From Pelagibacteraceae bacterium AG-422-B15 (GTDB taxonomy: Bacteria; Pseudomonadota; Alphaproteobacteria; Pelagibacterales; AG-422-B15): 64,000 nucleotides of DNA. The number at the start of each line of letters is the position of its first letter. The stretch's first letter is position 1. Made by a program: the position numbers and the translations under genes. The DNA is taken from contig CAJJBG010000015.1 in NCBI GenBank assembly GCA_905182345.1, positions 36,532 to 100,531 on the forward strand. The letters are read 5' to 3'. Positions 1-10,413 of the stretch are shown here, in pieces. Below the pieces are notes generated by a model, which saw only the letters and a list, made by a program, of their open reading frames with translations, did not search any database and had not been told where the DNA came from.

Positions 1-607
1 CAATATCACTTTCAAAGTATTCTTCTAAATAATCTCTGATACTCATTGTATAAAAACGTATGGTATCATAAATTTCTTTTTCACCTAAACCACCTAATTC
101 ATCTTTTGCAGCAAAGTATTTTGCAAATTCTAATGCACCAAATATATCTTTAGGCTTAAAAGAAGTTAAGTCTGGTGGAGTCATTTTTAATAATGGTTTA
201 ATGATTTTACACTGACGCATAACATCCCGGCTATAACGATCATAAGCCTCAGCATCATGAACAGAGTGTCGTGATATAGCTTTAACCGTCATATCATGAT
301 CATGATAATTAGCATAATAATCGCCATTCTTCATCATCGTTGCACTTCCTTCATAAGGAATAATTTGCAACCCATATTTGTATAATTCTAAATCTCTCAT
401 AATCTCGGGACGTAAAAGGCTGCAAACATAAGAACAGTTAGAATATTTCCATCCTGGATACAATTCTCTACTTACTGCAGCTCCCCCAATATATTCATTC
501 TTTTCTAGAACAAGAACTTTAAGGCCAGCTTTTGCCATATAGGACGCTGCTGTGAGACCATTGTGGCCAGCACCGACAACTATTGCATCATAAGTATCTT
601 TAGACAT
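1..607 (-). CDS. NAD(P)/FAD-dependent oxidoreductase, phytoene-dehydrogenase-like (COG1233); runs off window start
   Basis: Hand translation from ATG at 607: MSKDTYDAIVVGAGHNGLTAASYMAKAGLKVLVLEKNEYIGGAAVSRELYPGWKYSNCSYVCSLLRPEI...; Rossmann GAGHNGL and IGGA motifs. Absent from ORF track because truncated. Confidence 0.85.
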   Translation of the reverse strand, partial: MSKDTYDAIVVGAGHNGLTAASYMAKAGLKVLVLEKNEYIGGAAVSRELYPGWKYSNCSYVCSLLRPEIMRDLELYKYGLQIIPYEGSATMMKNGDYYANYHDHDMTVKAISRHSVHDAEAYDRYSRDVMRQCKIIKPLLKMTPPDLTSFKPKDIFGALEFAKYFAAKDELGGLGEKEIYDTIRFYTMSIRDYLEEYFESDI

Positions 608-625
608 ATAATGGTTATTTTACAT

Positions 626-651
626 ATATTGAATGAATATTCAATCAATAT
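626..651. promoter_or_regulatory. BetI-like TetR operator palindrome
   Basis: ATATTGAATGAATATTCAATCAATAT is a 26-bp palindrome with one mismatched pair, lying between divergent oxidoreductase and TetR genes; resembles BetI-type boxes (TTGA.TGAA..TTCAATCAA). Confidence 0.7.
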
Positions 652-708
652 TGTATATTTTTTACTGAAATTGTTATACTAATTGATAATAATTAGGTTT
701 TTAAAAAA

Positions 709-1341
709 GTGAAAAAAGCTTTAAATACAGATAGCGATAATCTCTCTGCTAACCATCAAAAATTGGTAGATGCAACAATTGAAAGTATATCCCAAAGAGG
801 ACTAAGTGAGACTACGATTGCACATGTATCTACTTTAGCTGGCGTTTCGCAGGGCTATGCACATTTTAGATTTAAGTCTAAAGAAAATCTTTTGATAAGC
901 TCGCTTCAATATTTATCAAATGAATATATGGATTCATGGAGCAGAATTTTTGAAGAAGAAAATCTACCTGCTTTAGACCGTCTCATCAAAATTATAGAAA
1001 ATGATTTTCATAGTCGGATTGCAAGTAGAAAGAAAATAGCGGTATGGTTTTCATTCTATAGTGAGGTTAAATTTATTCCAGCTTATCAATCAATATGTCA
1101 GGATCAAGATAAGGTATATTTTGATCAATTAAAAAAAGTTCTTGAAGGAGTCATTGGTGATAATAGCTATAAAGATTTAGATGCCTCTGAAATTAGTGAA
1201 ACCTATTTAGCTTTAGTTGATGGATTGTGGCAAAAAATACTTTTTGATCGAAAAAACTATTCAAATGAATTCTGCAAAGGTTTAGTTTACAAATATTTCA
1301 GAAGTATTTTTCCCAACGAAAATATCCTTGATATTAAATAA
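709..1341 (+). CDS. TetR family regulator, BetI-like
   Basis: N-terminal HTH (LVDATIESISQRGLSETTIAHVSTLAGVSQGYAHFRFKSKENL); C-terminal ALVDGLW motif typical of BetI-type TetR_C domains. Confidence 0.85.
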   Translation: MKKALNTDSDNLSANHQKLVDATIESISQRGLSETTIAHVSTLAGVSQGYAHFRFKSKENLLISSLQYLSNEYMDSWSRIFEEENLPALDRLIKIIENDFHSRIASRKKIAVWFSFYSEVKFIPAYQSICQDQDKVYFDQLKKVLEGVIGDNSYKDLDASEISETYLALVDGLWQKILFDRKNYSNEFCKGLVYKYFRSIFPNENILDIK

Positions 1342-2493
1342 ATGATTTTAGAAAAGTACATCGGTAAAAATTATAAGACATACCTAATTCTTTTTTTATG
1401 CTCTCTTATTATTGGAATTAAGCTTGGTACATTATTTCCATTACTGTCATTAATCTTAGAATCTCAGGGATACAGCAATACGCAAATTGGTCTTAATACT
1501 ATTGCTCAGCCTATTGCTATAATTTTATTTGTTCGAGTAACTCCTATTATAATCCACAAAATTGGGTTAGCGCGTTCAATAATTATTGCGCAATTTTTTA
1601 CAATCGCACTTTATTTTTCCTTTCCTCTCTTTGAAGGGCTTACGGCGTGGTTTATTATTAGATTTGTAATTGGCTTTGCAGGAGCCCTGGCTTGGAATGC
1701 TTTCGATACATGGATGTTGTCTATGGCCGATGATTCAAATCGAGGTAAAATAGTAACAATTTATAATACAATTTTTGTTTTAGGGTTTGCCATTGGCCCA
1801 ATTGTTTTATCCTTTACTGGTATTGAGGGATGGCTACCATTTATAGTTATTGGTAGTCTATCATTTGTAGCAACACTGCCACTCATTTTACTTAAAGTAG
1901 AAAAAATTCAACTTCCAAAACATAGATCTTTACCGGTTTTTTCAGCGATAATTGCTGCGCCTACAATATTTGGTGCTGCAATTTTATGTGGCTTGGAAGA
2001 TGTTATGTTTGTTACTTTTTTCCCTATTTTCTTAATAAAAAATAACCTTACACAAGAACTTGCTCTTCAATACGTTTTTATTGCGTTGTTAGGAGGGATT
2101 TTATTTACCCCAATAATTGGTATATTGTTAGACAAATATAATAAAAGACTCATTCTAAATATTACAGTTCTATTAATTTTAGTTGCTCCTATTATTGTTT
2201 GTTTCAATTTAGATAAATTTTATTTGTGTGTACTTTTTTTAGTACTTTGGGGCGGAGCATCAAGTGGCCTGTTTGTAATATCTTTAACAATGCTTGGAGA
2301 ACGCTACTCTTCATCTCAAGTAGCAGGTGCAACAGCAATTTTAGTGATGGTTTTTGAAGTTGGTTCTGCAACCGGTCCTATCATTGGAGGGAAGGTAATG
2401 GATACAGTTGGACCAGATGGCTTTATTTACACATTATCAGCTTTAGCATTTATATTTTTACTGGTATCAATCTATAGAACCATTAGGCGATAA
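1342..2493 (+). CDS. MFS transporter (YcaD-like)
   Basis: About 12 hydrophobic segments; IIRFVIGFAG, NRGKIVTIY and GILLDKYNKR motifs. Confidence 0.85.
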   Translation: MILEKYIGKNYKTYLILFLCSLIIGIKLGTLFPLLSLILESQGYSNTQIGLNTIAQPIAIILFVRVTPIIIHKIGLARSIIIAQFFTIALYFSFPLFEGLTAWFIIRFVIGFAGALAWNAFDTWMLSMADDSNRGKIVTIYNTIFVLGFAIGPIVLSFTGIEGWLPFIVIGSLSFVATLPLILLKVEKIQLPKHRSLPVFSAIIAAPTIFGAAILCGLEDVMFVTFFPIFLIKNNLTQELALQYVFIALLGGILFTPIIGILLDKYNKRLILNITVLLILVAPIIVCFNLDKFYLCVLFLVLWGGASSGLFVISLTMLGERYSSSQVAGATAILVMVFEVGSATGPIIGGKVMDTVGPDGFIYTLSALAFIFLLVSIYRTIRR

Positions 2494-2495
2494 TT

Positions 2496-2942
2496 ATGCA
2501 ATATGAACTACATCAAGCTAATTTAAATGATTATAAAATAATAAGTTCAACTTTTGACCAGTATAGATTATTTTATAAACAAGAGTCAGACATTGAAGGT
2601 GCTGGAAAATATATCAAAGAAAGATTAAAGAATAATGAAGCTGTAATTTTTTTTATCAATATTAATAATAAATGTGCTGGCTTTACACAACTATATCCTA
2701 CATTCGACTCTGTAAGACTTAGAAAAAAAATTGTTTTATATGATTTATTTGTCTGTGAAGAGTTTAGACGCCAAGGGTTTGGGAAAGTATTGATGAATGC
2801 AGCAAAGGGATATGCAGAATTAAATAGTTTTGGATCTATTGAGCTGTCTACGGCAAAGAAAAATTTAGCCGGACAATCTCTTTATGAGTCTCTTGGCTAT
2901 ATTCAAGATCAAGAATTTTACAGTTATGATTTAGAAATATGA
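2496..2942 (+). CDS. GNAT N-acetyltransferase
   Basis: Motif A LYDLFVCEEFRRQGFGKVLM and C-terminal AGQSLYESLGY. Confidence 0.9.
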   Translation: MQYELHQANLNDYKIISSTFDQYRLFYKQESDIEGAGKYIKERLKNNEAVIFFININNKCAGFTQLYPTFDSVRLRKKIVLYDLFVCEEFRRQGFGKVLMNAAKGYAELNSFGSIELSTAKKNLAGQSLYESLGYIQDQEFYSYDLEI

Positions 2943-4291
2943 TCCTGTGTTTGATCTAAGGATTTTTTTAACTTTTCAACAAGCTCATCAATATGATTAT
3001 TGTTAAAAATTAAAGGTGGGCAAAATATCATACCATCTCTAACTGCACGCATTACTAAGCCATTCTCAGTACAATAATCTCTACAAATTCCACCTACAAC
3101 TCCTGTCTCTGCAAACATTTCTTTTTTTTCTTTATTTTTTACAAGCTCCACGGCACCTATAAAACTTTTCATTCTAACCTCTCCCACAAGAGAGTGTTCT
3201 GCAATTTCTTTCATGCGCTTTTCTAAATAAACTGAAGTTTTGCTAGAGTTTTCTATAAGGTTTTCTTCCCGAATAATCTTTAAATTTTCAATAGCTACTG
3301 CACAAGCAACTGGGTGTCCTGAGTATGTGTAGCCATGATTAAAGTCTCCACCTTTTTCAATAAGGATATCAGTAACCCTTTTTCCTACCATGATGCCAGA
3401 AAGTGGTATGTATCCTGAGCTTATACCTTTGGCCATCGTAATAATGTCGGGCTTTATATTATAAGTATCACTGCCAAACCAATTTCCAGTACGTCCAAAT
3501 CCACAAATCACCTCATCAACAACTAATAAAATATCATATTCTTTACAAATCTCTTGAACTCTAGGCCAATAAGTTTCTGGTGGAATTATAACTCCTCCTG
3601 CACCTTGAATTGGCTCGCCTATAAATGCTGCTATATTTTCAGCTCCAATTTCATTGATTTTTTCTTCTATTTTATTGGCTGTAAAAATTCCAAATTCTGC
3701 TGGAGTCATTTCTGCTCCATATTTATACCAATATGGTGGCATAACATGTTCAAAGCCAGGCATCAATCCGCCCTGTTCATGCATCCCCGTCATACCACCC
3801 AAGCTAACTCCAGCCATCGTACTTCCATGGTAGGCATATTCACGGCTTATAAATGTCTTTTTTTTAGGCTGCTCTTTTAAGTCCCAATAACGTCTGACCA
3901 TTCTGACAACAGTATCATTTGCTTCGGATCCACTAGATGAAAAGAATGCATGATTTAAATCATTCGGAGCAATTTCTGCAAGTTGTTGTGCAAGCTCAAT
4001 AGATGGTGTTGTTGCTGTTTTAAAAAAAGAATTATAATAGGGTAATTCTTGCATTTGTTTATAAGCAACTTCAGCTAAATTTTTTCTACCATAACCGACA
4101 TTAACACACCAAAGGCCGGACATAGCATCTAAGAACTGCTTATTATCACTATTTGTTAAATAAACTCCATCGGCCTTAACAATAATATTACTACCTTCTT
4201 TTGCTAGTGCTTTATAATTAGTAAATGGATGAAGGTGATGTGCAGTATCCATATCTTGCCATTGTTTTGTTGTTCTATTTAGATATGCCAT
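2924..4291 (-). CDS. spuC: Class III omega-amine aminotransferase, putrescine-pyruvate (SpuC-like)
   Basis: HHLHPFT, DAMSGLWCVNVGYGR, SSGSEANDT, EPIQGAGGVIIPP, DEVICGFGRTG, AKG (PLP lysine), HGYTYSGHP. Confidence 0.85.
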   Translation of the reverse strand: MAYLNRTTKQWQDMDTAHHLHPFTNYKALAKEGSNIIVKADGVYLTNSDNKQFLDAMSGLWCVNVGYGRKNLAEVAYKQMQELPYYNSFFKTATTPSIELAQQLAEIAPNDLNHAFFSSSGSEANDTVVRMVRRYWDLKEQPKKKTFISREYAYHGSTMAGVSLGGMTGMHEQGGLMPGFEHVMPPYWYKYGAEMTPAEFGIFTANKIEEKINEIGAENIAAFIGEPIQGAGGVIIPPETYWPRVQEICKEYDILLVVDEVICGFGRTGNWFGSDTYNIKPDIITMAKGISSGYIPLSGIMVGKRVTDILIEKGGDFNHGYTYSGHPVACAVAIENLKIIREENLIENSSKTSVYLEKRMKEIAEHSLVGEVRMKSFIGAVELVKNKEKKEMFAETGVVGGICRDYCTENGLVMRAVRDGMIFCPPLIFNNNHIDELVEKLKKSLDQTQDHISKS

Positions 4292-4293
4292 GA

Positions 4294-5499
4294 TTATTTA
4301 AATGCCTGTATTCCTGTTATTGATTTACCCAATATTAAAGTGTGGATATCATGAGTTCCTTCGTAAGTTTTTACTGTTTCAAGATTCATCATATGTCTCA
4401 TAACATGATACTCATCTGATATTCCATTGCCACCTAAAATATCTCTCGAATTTCTGGCAATGTCTAGAGCTTTTGAACAATTATTTCTCTTAATCAAGCT
4501 TACCATATCACTATTATTATTACCCGATTCTATCAATCTACCCACTTTAATTGCAGCCTGCAGCCCAAGAGCAATTTCAGTTTGCATATCTACTAACTTA
4601 GTTTGCACAAGTTGAGTTGCTGCAATAGGTTTTTCAAACATTATTCGATCTAGTGCATACTGCCTTGCAGTTGCATAACAGAATTCTGCAGCGCCAAGAA
4701 CACCCCAAGCAATTCCATATCGAGCACTGTTTAAGCAACTAAATGGTCCTTTTAATCCAATAACATTTGGAAGGACTTTGTCATGTGGACATAAGACATC
4801 TTCTAACACAATCTGACCTGTAATAGATGCTCTCAATGAAAGTTTGCCTTCTATCTTTGGCGTAGAAAGTCCCTTGATTCCCTTATCAACAATAAATCCT
4901 AAAATTTTTCCTTCTTCATTTTTAGCCCAAACAATTAAAACATCGGCTACTGGTGAATTGCTTATCCACGTTTTAGTTCCATTTAAGATATAACCATCCG
5001 TTGTTTTTTTAGCTGTAGTTCTCATTGAATTTGGATCACTGCCTGCATCTGGTTCTGTTAAGCCAAAGCTTCCTATCATTTCACCTTTAGCTAGTTTTGG
5101 TAAATAAAAATTTTTCTGTTCTTCGGAGCCATATTTATAGATAGGAAACATAACTAAACTAGACTGTACAGACATCATAGAGCGATAGCCGCTATCCACT
5201 CTTTCTATCTCTCTTGTGATCAGGCCATATGTAATATAATTAGTTCCAGCACACCCATAGCCTTCTATCATTGGCCCTAGAATTCCTAGGGCACCCATCT
5301 CTTTAATTATATCTGGATTAAAATGCTCATGCCTATTTTCCTTAATAATCCTAGGCATAAGCTTATCTTGACAGTAATTTTTTACAGAAGTTTGAACTAA
5401 TTTTTCCTCTGAAGTTAATTGACCCTCGCTTATAAGCGGATCATCCCAAGATAACTCTTGTTTTGCATTTTCAGATTTATTTTTTATACTAAAGACCAT
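4294..5499 (-). CDS. gcdH: Glutaryl-CoA dehydrogenase (start moved to ATG 5499)
   Basis: [61 protein letters not shown]. The track's longer N-terminus overlaps puuD. Confidence 0.9.
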   Translation of the reverse strand: MVFSIKNKSENAKQELSWDDPLISEGQLTSEEKLVQTSVKNYCQDKLMPRIIKENRHEHFNPDIIKEMGALGILGPMIEGYGCAGTNYITYGLITREIERVDSGYRSMMSVQSSLVMFPIYKYGSEEQKNFYLPKLAKGEMIGSFGLTEPDAGSDPNSMRTTAKKTTDGYILNGTKTWISNSPVADVLIVWAKNEEGKILGFIVDKGIKGLSTPKIEGKLSLRASITGQIVLEDVLCPHDKVLPNVIGLKGPFSCLNSARYGIAWGVLGAAEFCYATARQYALDRIMFEKPIAATQLVQTKLVDMQTEIALGLQAAIKVGRLIESGNNNSDMVSLIKRNNCSKALDIARNSRDILGGNGISDEYHVMRHMMNLETVKTYEGTHDIHTLILGKSITGIQAFK

Positions 5500-5555
5500 A
5501 TCTATAAGAAATAAATGATATATATAATATATAAGAAGTAAATTTAAATTAAGAC

Positions 5556-6317
5556 ATGTATTCACCAACAAAACCAATAGTAGCTTTATTTGCTGATATT
5601 ATTACAAAACCTGATGATAAAAGAATTTATCATGGGTCTGGTGCTAATTATATAAAGGCTCTGGCAACAGCTACTAATTGTGCTCCTATTATTTTGCCTG
5701 CTCTTCCTGGTATAAATAATTATAGAAAAATTCTTGATAGAGTTGATGGAGTTATGCTTACTGGAAGCTTATCAAATGTTCATCCTGGTTTTTATAATAA
5801 AGATAAATTAGTAGAACCGTCTGACCTGGATAGAGATAAAACAGTCCTGCCATTAATTGACCACATCTTTAATAAGGAGATCCCAATGCTTGCAATATGT
5901 AGAGGGTTTCAAGAAGTTAATGTTGCAATGGGTGGATCGCTTCATGCAGATATTCATGATGTCCCTGGTCGAATGGATCATCGCGCTCCAAAAAAAGGTA
6001 GTTTGGAAAGTCAGTATGACAAGCAACATGAAATTTTTCTAACTGAAAATGGTAAGCTTGAAAAATTAGCTGGCTCTCCTACGCTTGAAGTAAATTCACT
6101 TCACACACAAGGAATTGATCAACTAGGAAAATCTTTAGTTATTGAAGCCGTAGCCAAAGATGAAACTATTGAAGCTATAAGCTTAGATAATTATAGTGGA
6201 TTTTTCTATGGTGTACAATGGCATCCAGAGACTAGCGTCGAAACAGATGATTTTTCTAAAAAACTCTTTTCTCAGTTTAATGATGCTGTTGAGTCTAGAA
6301 ACTTAAATGGAAAATAA
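5556..6317 (+). CDS. puuD: Gamma-glutamyl-gamma-aminobutyrate hydrolase family (PuuD/SpuA, peptidase C26)
   Basis: [27 protein letters not shown] (catalytic Cys), [15 protein letters not shown]. Confidence 0.85.
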   Translation: MYSPTKPIVALFADIITKPDDKRIYHGSGANYIKALATATNCAPIILPALPGINNYRKILDRVDGVMLTGSLSNVHPGFYNKDKLVEPSDLDRDKTVLPLIDHIFNKEIPMLAICRGFQEVNVAMGGSLHADIHDVPGRMDHRAPKKGSLESQYDKQHEIFLTENGKLEKLAGSPTLEVNSLHTQGIDQLGKSLVIEAVAKDETIEAISLDNYSGFFYGVQWHPETSVETDDFSKKLFSQFNDAVESRNLNGK

Positions 6318-6318
6318 C

Positions 6319-7320
6319 TTATCTTTTATTAATTCGGCTTTTAGATATTCTTGCCGCTTCATTAATCGCAGCAATTAAGCTGCTTTCATTAGCAATAAAC
6401 TTTTTGGCAATATCAAACCCTGTTCCATGATCTGGGCTTGTTCTTACTAGGTTTAATCCAACTGTAAAATTTATTGTATTATAAAAATCAATTGTTTTTA
6501 CTGGAATTAAAGCTTGATCATGATACATGCATAAAACCGCATCATAGTTTTTAAGATTCTCCGGAGTAAAGGCTGTATCTGCAGCAACAGGTCCTTCAAC
6601 TTTTATTATTTTTTTTAATGCATTAATAGCTGGTTTAATAACTTTATTTTCCTCATTACCCAACAAGCCATTATCACTAGCATGTGGGTTTAATCCTGTA
6701 ACTATAATTTTTGGCGATTTAATATTAAAATCATTTTTTAAAGATCGATTCATTAATATAAGGGTGTCTTTAATGGTCTTTTTTGTTATTAATTTACTTA
6801 CTTTTTTAAGCGGTACGTGAACAGTTAATGGGACTACTTTAAGAGTTTTATTAATTAACATCATACAAAAATTTTTTGATTTACTTTTTTTTGCTAAATA
6901 CTCTGTGTGTCCCCTGAAGCTCTTTAAGGCGTAGCTAATAATTTCTTTAGAAACTGGATTAGTAACTATTGCCGACACTTTTTTAGTTTTTATAAATCCT
7001 AAAGCTAAATCAATTGCCTTTAAAATTATTCTTGCATTTTTTTTACTTGGTTTTCCCAATTGGGTATTTTTGCATACATCTAGATGGTAAATAGGCAAAA
7101 AACTCTTAAACACCCTATTGACATCTTCTATTGAATCTATCTTTTTTAAAGGCACATTAATCTTCATTGCTTTTGTAATAGCTAAAACATACTCATAATC
7201 ATGGATTAAAAAGAAAGGATTTTTCCCATTATTTTTTTTCCATGCTTTTAATGTTATTTCAATTCCAATACCAGATGGATCTCCCATAGTCACTGCAATT
7301 GGTTTATTTAGATCACTCAT
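6319..7320 (-). CDS. pdxA: 4-hydroxythreonine-4-phosphate dehydrogenase
   Basis: TMGDPSGIGIE, GHTEYLA, GLNPHA, MYHDQALIP, RTSPDHGT. Confidence 0.95.
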   Translation of the reverse strand: MSDLNKPIAVTMGDPSGIGIEITLKAWKKNNGKNPFFLIHDYEYVLAITKAMKINVPLKKIDSIEDVNRVFKSFLPIYHLDVCKNTQLGKPSKKNARIILKAIDLALGFIKTKKVSAIVTNPVSKEIISYALKSFRGHTEYLAKKSKSKNFCMMLINKTLKVVPLTVHVPLKKVSKLITKKTIKDTLILMNRSLKNDFNIKSPKIIVTGLNPHASDNGLLGNEENKVIKPAINALKKIIKVEGPVAADTAFTPENLKNYDAVLCMYHDQALIPVKTIDFYNTINFTVGLNLVRTSPDHGTGFDIAKKFIANESSLIAAINEAARISKSRINKR

Positions 7321-7326
7321 TTTGTT

Positions 7327-7929
7327 TTAAAAAATTCCAAAAATTTTCTTTTTGAATTGATTTTTACATTTATCAAGTTGTTGTTTATATTTCTTTGATC
7401 GTTTATCTACTATCTTTGCAGTATTAATCAGCCATTGTTGATTTTTATAAGTCTTATTCTTATAACCACCATGGCCTTCATGGTATGCGAGGTATTGATT
7501 GTATGCATCATTTTTTTTAATACCGTTTATTTTATAAGTTTTATTAATATACCAGCCTGTAAAATCAACTGCATCTGCAAAATTAACTCTTGATGCTAGC
7601 GGTCTATTTTCCTCTTTCTTGTACCAGTTCCAAGTTGAGTCAATTGCTTGTGAATAGCCAAACGCACTAGATTTTCTTTTCCACGGAATAAGGCCCAGTA
7701 ATTTTGTTCTTTCTGGCTTAACTCTATTTTGAAATGAAGACTCTTGTCGCAAAATAGACATTTGAACATGAATAGGTGCTCCCCATTGTTCTTCTGATCT
7801 ATTAACCAAGCGATACCACGATGATTTATCTTTAAATATTTGACAAATATTCTCTTGCTGTTGTGGGGGTTTGCTCGCACAGCCAGATAAAATAAGTCCT
7901 ATTAGTAAAAAAGAAGTGATGAATTTCAT
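7327..7929 (-). CDS. Lipoprotein with lytic transglycosylase (SLT)-like domain
   Basis: Lipobox LSGC; QESSF catalytic Glu; SSAFGYSQA; YLAYHEG. Confidence 0.8.
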   Translation of the reverse strand: MKFITSFLLIGLILSGCASKPPQQQENICQIFKDKSSWYRLVNRSEEQWGAPIHVQMSILRQESSFQNRVKPERTKLLGLIPWKRKSSAFGYSQAIDSTWNWYKKEENRPLASRVNFADAVDFTGWYINKTYKINGIKKNDAYNQYLAYHEGHGGYKNKTYKNQQWLINTAKIVDKRSKKYKQQLDKCKNQFKKKIFGIF

Positions 7930-7979
7930 AATTTATATTTACTTAAAGTTATATAAATAATACCTTTCGCAAGTCTTAA

Positions 7980-8894
7980 ATGAAACCTCTATTTAAACCA
8001 GAATTATTAAGTTGGCTATGCCTAGTTACACTGGCCATAGTTTGGGGCTTAAACTTTATCTTTATTAAGATAAGTGTGGAAGATGTTGGACCTACAGTTA
8101 ATGTTTTTTTAAGGCTTCTTTTAGGCTCAGCTATTCTTTCCATATATTTAAAAAGCTCTAAGCGCTCACTTCCTCTAAAAAATAAAAATATAATATTTTA
8201 TTTAATCGTTGGACTACTTGGAATGGCACTACCATTCTTTTTGATTTCTTCTGCAGAAGTTCATATTGATTCTGGTATTGCTGGATTGCTAATGTCGCCA
8301 ATGCCACTACTTACTTTAGGCCTATCTGCACTTTTTCTTAAAGATGAAATTATTAATAAAACAAAAATTTTATCTTTCATTGTGGCTTTTTGTGGATTGA
8401 TTGTCTTATTTGGTCCTGAGAATATATTATCCTTGGGAGGTGAAAATAGAATCCAATTTTATAGTCAAATTATAGTTTTTATAGCAGCATGTAGCTATGG
8501 CACTAATGCTATTATATCTAAACTTGCTCCCAAAATAGATGTTGTTGCAATGGCAACTGGTGCCTGTGTCGGTGGTTTAATTTTTATTACACCTTTGGCT
8601 GTTTTCTATGATCCCATATTTGCAGCAACCTTCACTAATGAATCTATTGTTGCAATAATTATTCAAGGTGTATTTGGTACTGCTATAGCCAACATTCTAT
8701 TTTTTAAGATCATTGAACTTAGGGGGCCGGTCTTTTTATCTCTAATTAATTTTATGATACCTCCAATCGCTTTCTTTTCTGGTGTTCTATTTTTGAATGA
8801 AACAATTAAGATTAATGCCTTATTAGCATTGTTAATGATATTATTGGCTTTGTTTATAAATTATAGATCCTCAAAAACTAACTCAACAAATTGA
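7980..8894 (+). CDS. DMT/EamA family transporter
   Basis: WGLNF start, ten-TM pattern, FLNE before the last helix. Confidence 0.85.
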   Translation: MKPLFKPELLSWLCLVTLAIVWGLNFIFIKISVEDVGPTVNVFLRLLLGSAILSIYLKSSKRSLPLKNKNIIFYLIVGLLGMALPFFLISSAEVHIDSGIAGLLMSPMPLLTLGLSALFLKDEIINKTKILSFIVAFCGLIVLFGPENILSLGGENRIQFYSQIIVFIAACSYGTNAIISKLAPKIDVVAMATGACVGGLIFITPLAVFYDPIFAATFTNESIVAIIIQGVFGTAIANILFFKIIELRGPVFLSLINFMIPPIAFFSGVLFLNETIKINALLALLMILLALFINYRSSKTNSTN

Positions 8895-8934
8895 TTGCTC
8901 ACTTATATCTGGTGAAATATATTTAAAGCAACTT

Positions 8935-9696
8935 ATGCTCTCAATTCAAAATCTTTCGAAAAACTTTGGCGGAATAAAAGCTGTTAATAATGTTTCACTG
9001 AATATAAAAAAAGGCTCAATCACTGGTCTCATAGGGCCAAATGGAGCTGGAAAAACAACACTATTTAATATCATTGCTGGAAATATTAAAAATAATTCTG
9101 GTCAAATCTTTCTTGAGAATGATGATATTACACATCTGCCATCACATGAATTATTTGATAAAGGTTTATTAAGAACTTTTCAAATAGCACATGAGTTTTC
9201 AAGACTTACTGTGCTGGAAAATTTAATGGTAGTTCCAGGGGCACAAACTGGTGAAAAATTAATTGGTACTTGGTTTAATTATTCAAAAGTAAAGACTGAA
9301 GAAATTGCTATTCGTGAGAAAGCTGAAGAAGTAATTGAATTTTTAAAACTTACTCACTTAACACACGAGTTGGCTGGAAATCTTTCTGGAGGACAAAAAA
9401 AACTTTTAGAGCTTGGAAGAACCATGATGGTTGATGCAAAACTAGTACTCTTAGATGAAGTGGGTGCAGGAGTAAATAGAACTTTACTAAAAGATATAGC
9501 ATCAACTATTTTAAGATTAAACCAGGAACGGGGCTATACATTCTGCATGATTGAACATGATATAGATTTTATTAGTGAACTTTGTGACTGGGTGATTGTT
9601 ATGGCTGAAGGAAGCATATTGACTCAAGGAAAAATAGAAGAAATTAAAAATAATGAATCTGTTATTGAGGCCTACCTAGGAAAGACAAAATTATAA
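8935..9696 (+). CDS. livG: Liv-type ABC transporter ATPase (LivG-like)
   Basis: GPNGAGKTT, LSGGQKKLLEL, IEHD, EAYLG. Confidence 0.85.
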   Translation: MLSIQNLSKNFGGIKAVNNVSLNIKKGSITGLIGPNGAGKTTLFNIIAGNIKNNSGQIFLENDDITHLPSHELFDKGLLRTFQIAHEFSRLTVLENLMVVPGAQTGEKLIGTWFNYSKVKTEEIAIREKAEEVIEFLKLTHLTHELAGNLSGGQKKLLELGRTMMVDAKLVLLDEVGAGVNRTLLKDIASTILRLNQERGYTFCMIEHDIDFISELCDWVIVMAEGSILTQGKIEEIKNNESVIEAYLGKTKL

Positions 9697-10406
9697 TGCA
9701 AAATAAATACTTTGAATGTCATAATTTAATAGGTGGATATGGTGGTGCTGATATTCTTCATGGTTGTAGTATTGCAATTGATAAAAATGAAATTGTAGTA
9801 ATTGTTGGTCCTAATGGTGCTGGTAAATCTACGGCTATGAAAGCTATGCTTGGGATGATTCAAATAAAATCTGGAACAATCTCTTTTAATGGTAATGATA
9901 TTTCAAAGCTTTCTCCTCAAGATAGAATTAATCAGGGTCTTAGCTTTGTACCGCAAACAAATAATGTCTTTACAGAGCTTACTGTTAGAGAAAATTTAGA
10001 AATTGGAGCTTATATTAGAAAAGATAATTTTGAGGAAACAATAGAACAGATTTATGATTTATTTCCTGTGTTAAAAGATAAGCGTTCCCAGTTAGCTGGA
10101 GAATTGTCAGGTGGACAAAGACAGCAGGTCGCCGTAGGCCGAGCTTTAATGACCAAGCCTTCAGTTCTAATGCTTGATGAGCCTACAGCTGGTGTTTCAC
10201 CAATTGTTATGGATGAATTATTTGAGCGCATAATTGAAATAAAAAAAACTGGTATGGCTATATTGATTGTTGAACAAAATGCTAAACAAGCTCTCAATAT
10301 TGCAGACTATGGCTATGTTTTGGTAAATGGAGAAAATAAACATTTTGGCACAGGTGCTGAGCTGTTAGACAACAAAGAAGTAAGACAATCTTTTTTAGGG
10401 GGTTAA
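9696..10406 (+). CDS. livF: Liv-type ABC transporter ATPase (LivF-like)
   Basis: GPNGAGKST, LSGGQRQQ, DEPTAG, VEQN, FLGG end. Confidence 0.85.
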   Translation: MQNKYFECHNLIGGYGGADILHGCSIAIDKNEIVVIVGPNGAGKSTAMKAMLGMIQIKSGTISFNGNDISKLSPQDRINQGLSFVPQTNNVFTELTVRENLEIGAYIRKDNFEETIEQIYDLFPVLKDKRSQLAGELSGGQRQQVAVGRALMTKPSVLMLDEPTAGVSPIVMDELFERIIEIKKTGMAILIVEQNAKQALNIADYGYVLVNGENKHFGTGAELLDNKEVRQSFLGG

Positions 10407-10413
10407 TTTTAAA

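Noticed and set aside
5500-5577. Track's extended N-terminus of gcdH (likewise umuC, umuD, dnaA)
   Set aside because: The extensions cross promoters or neighbouring genes; family homology starts at downstream ATGs.
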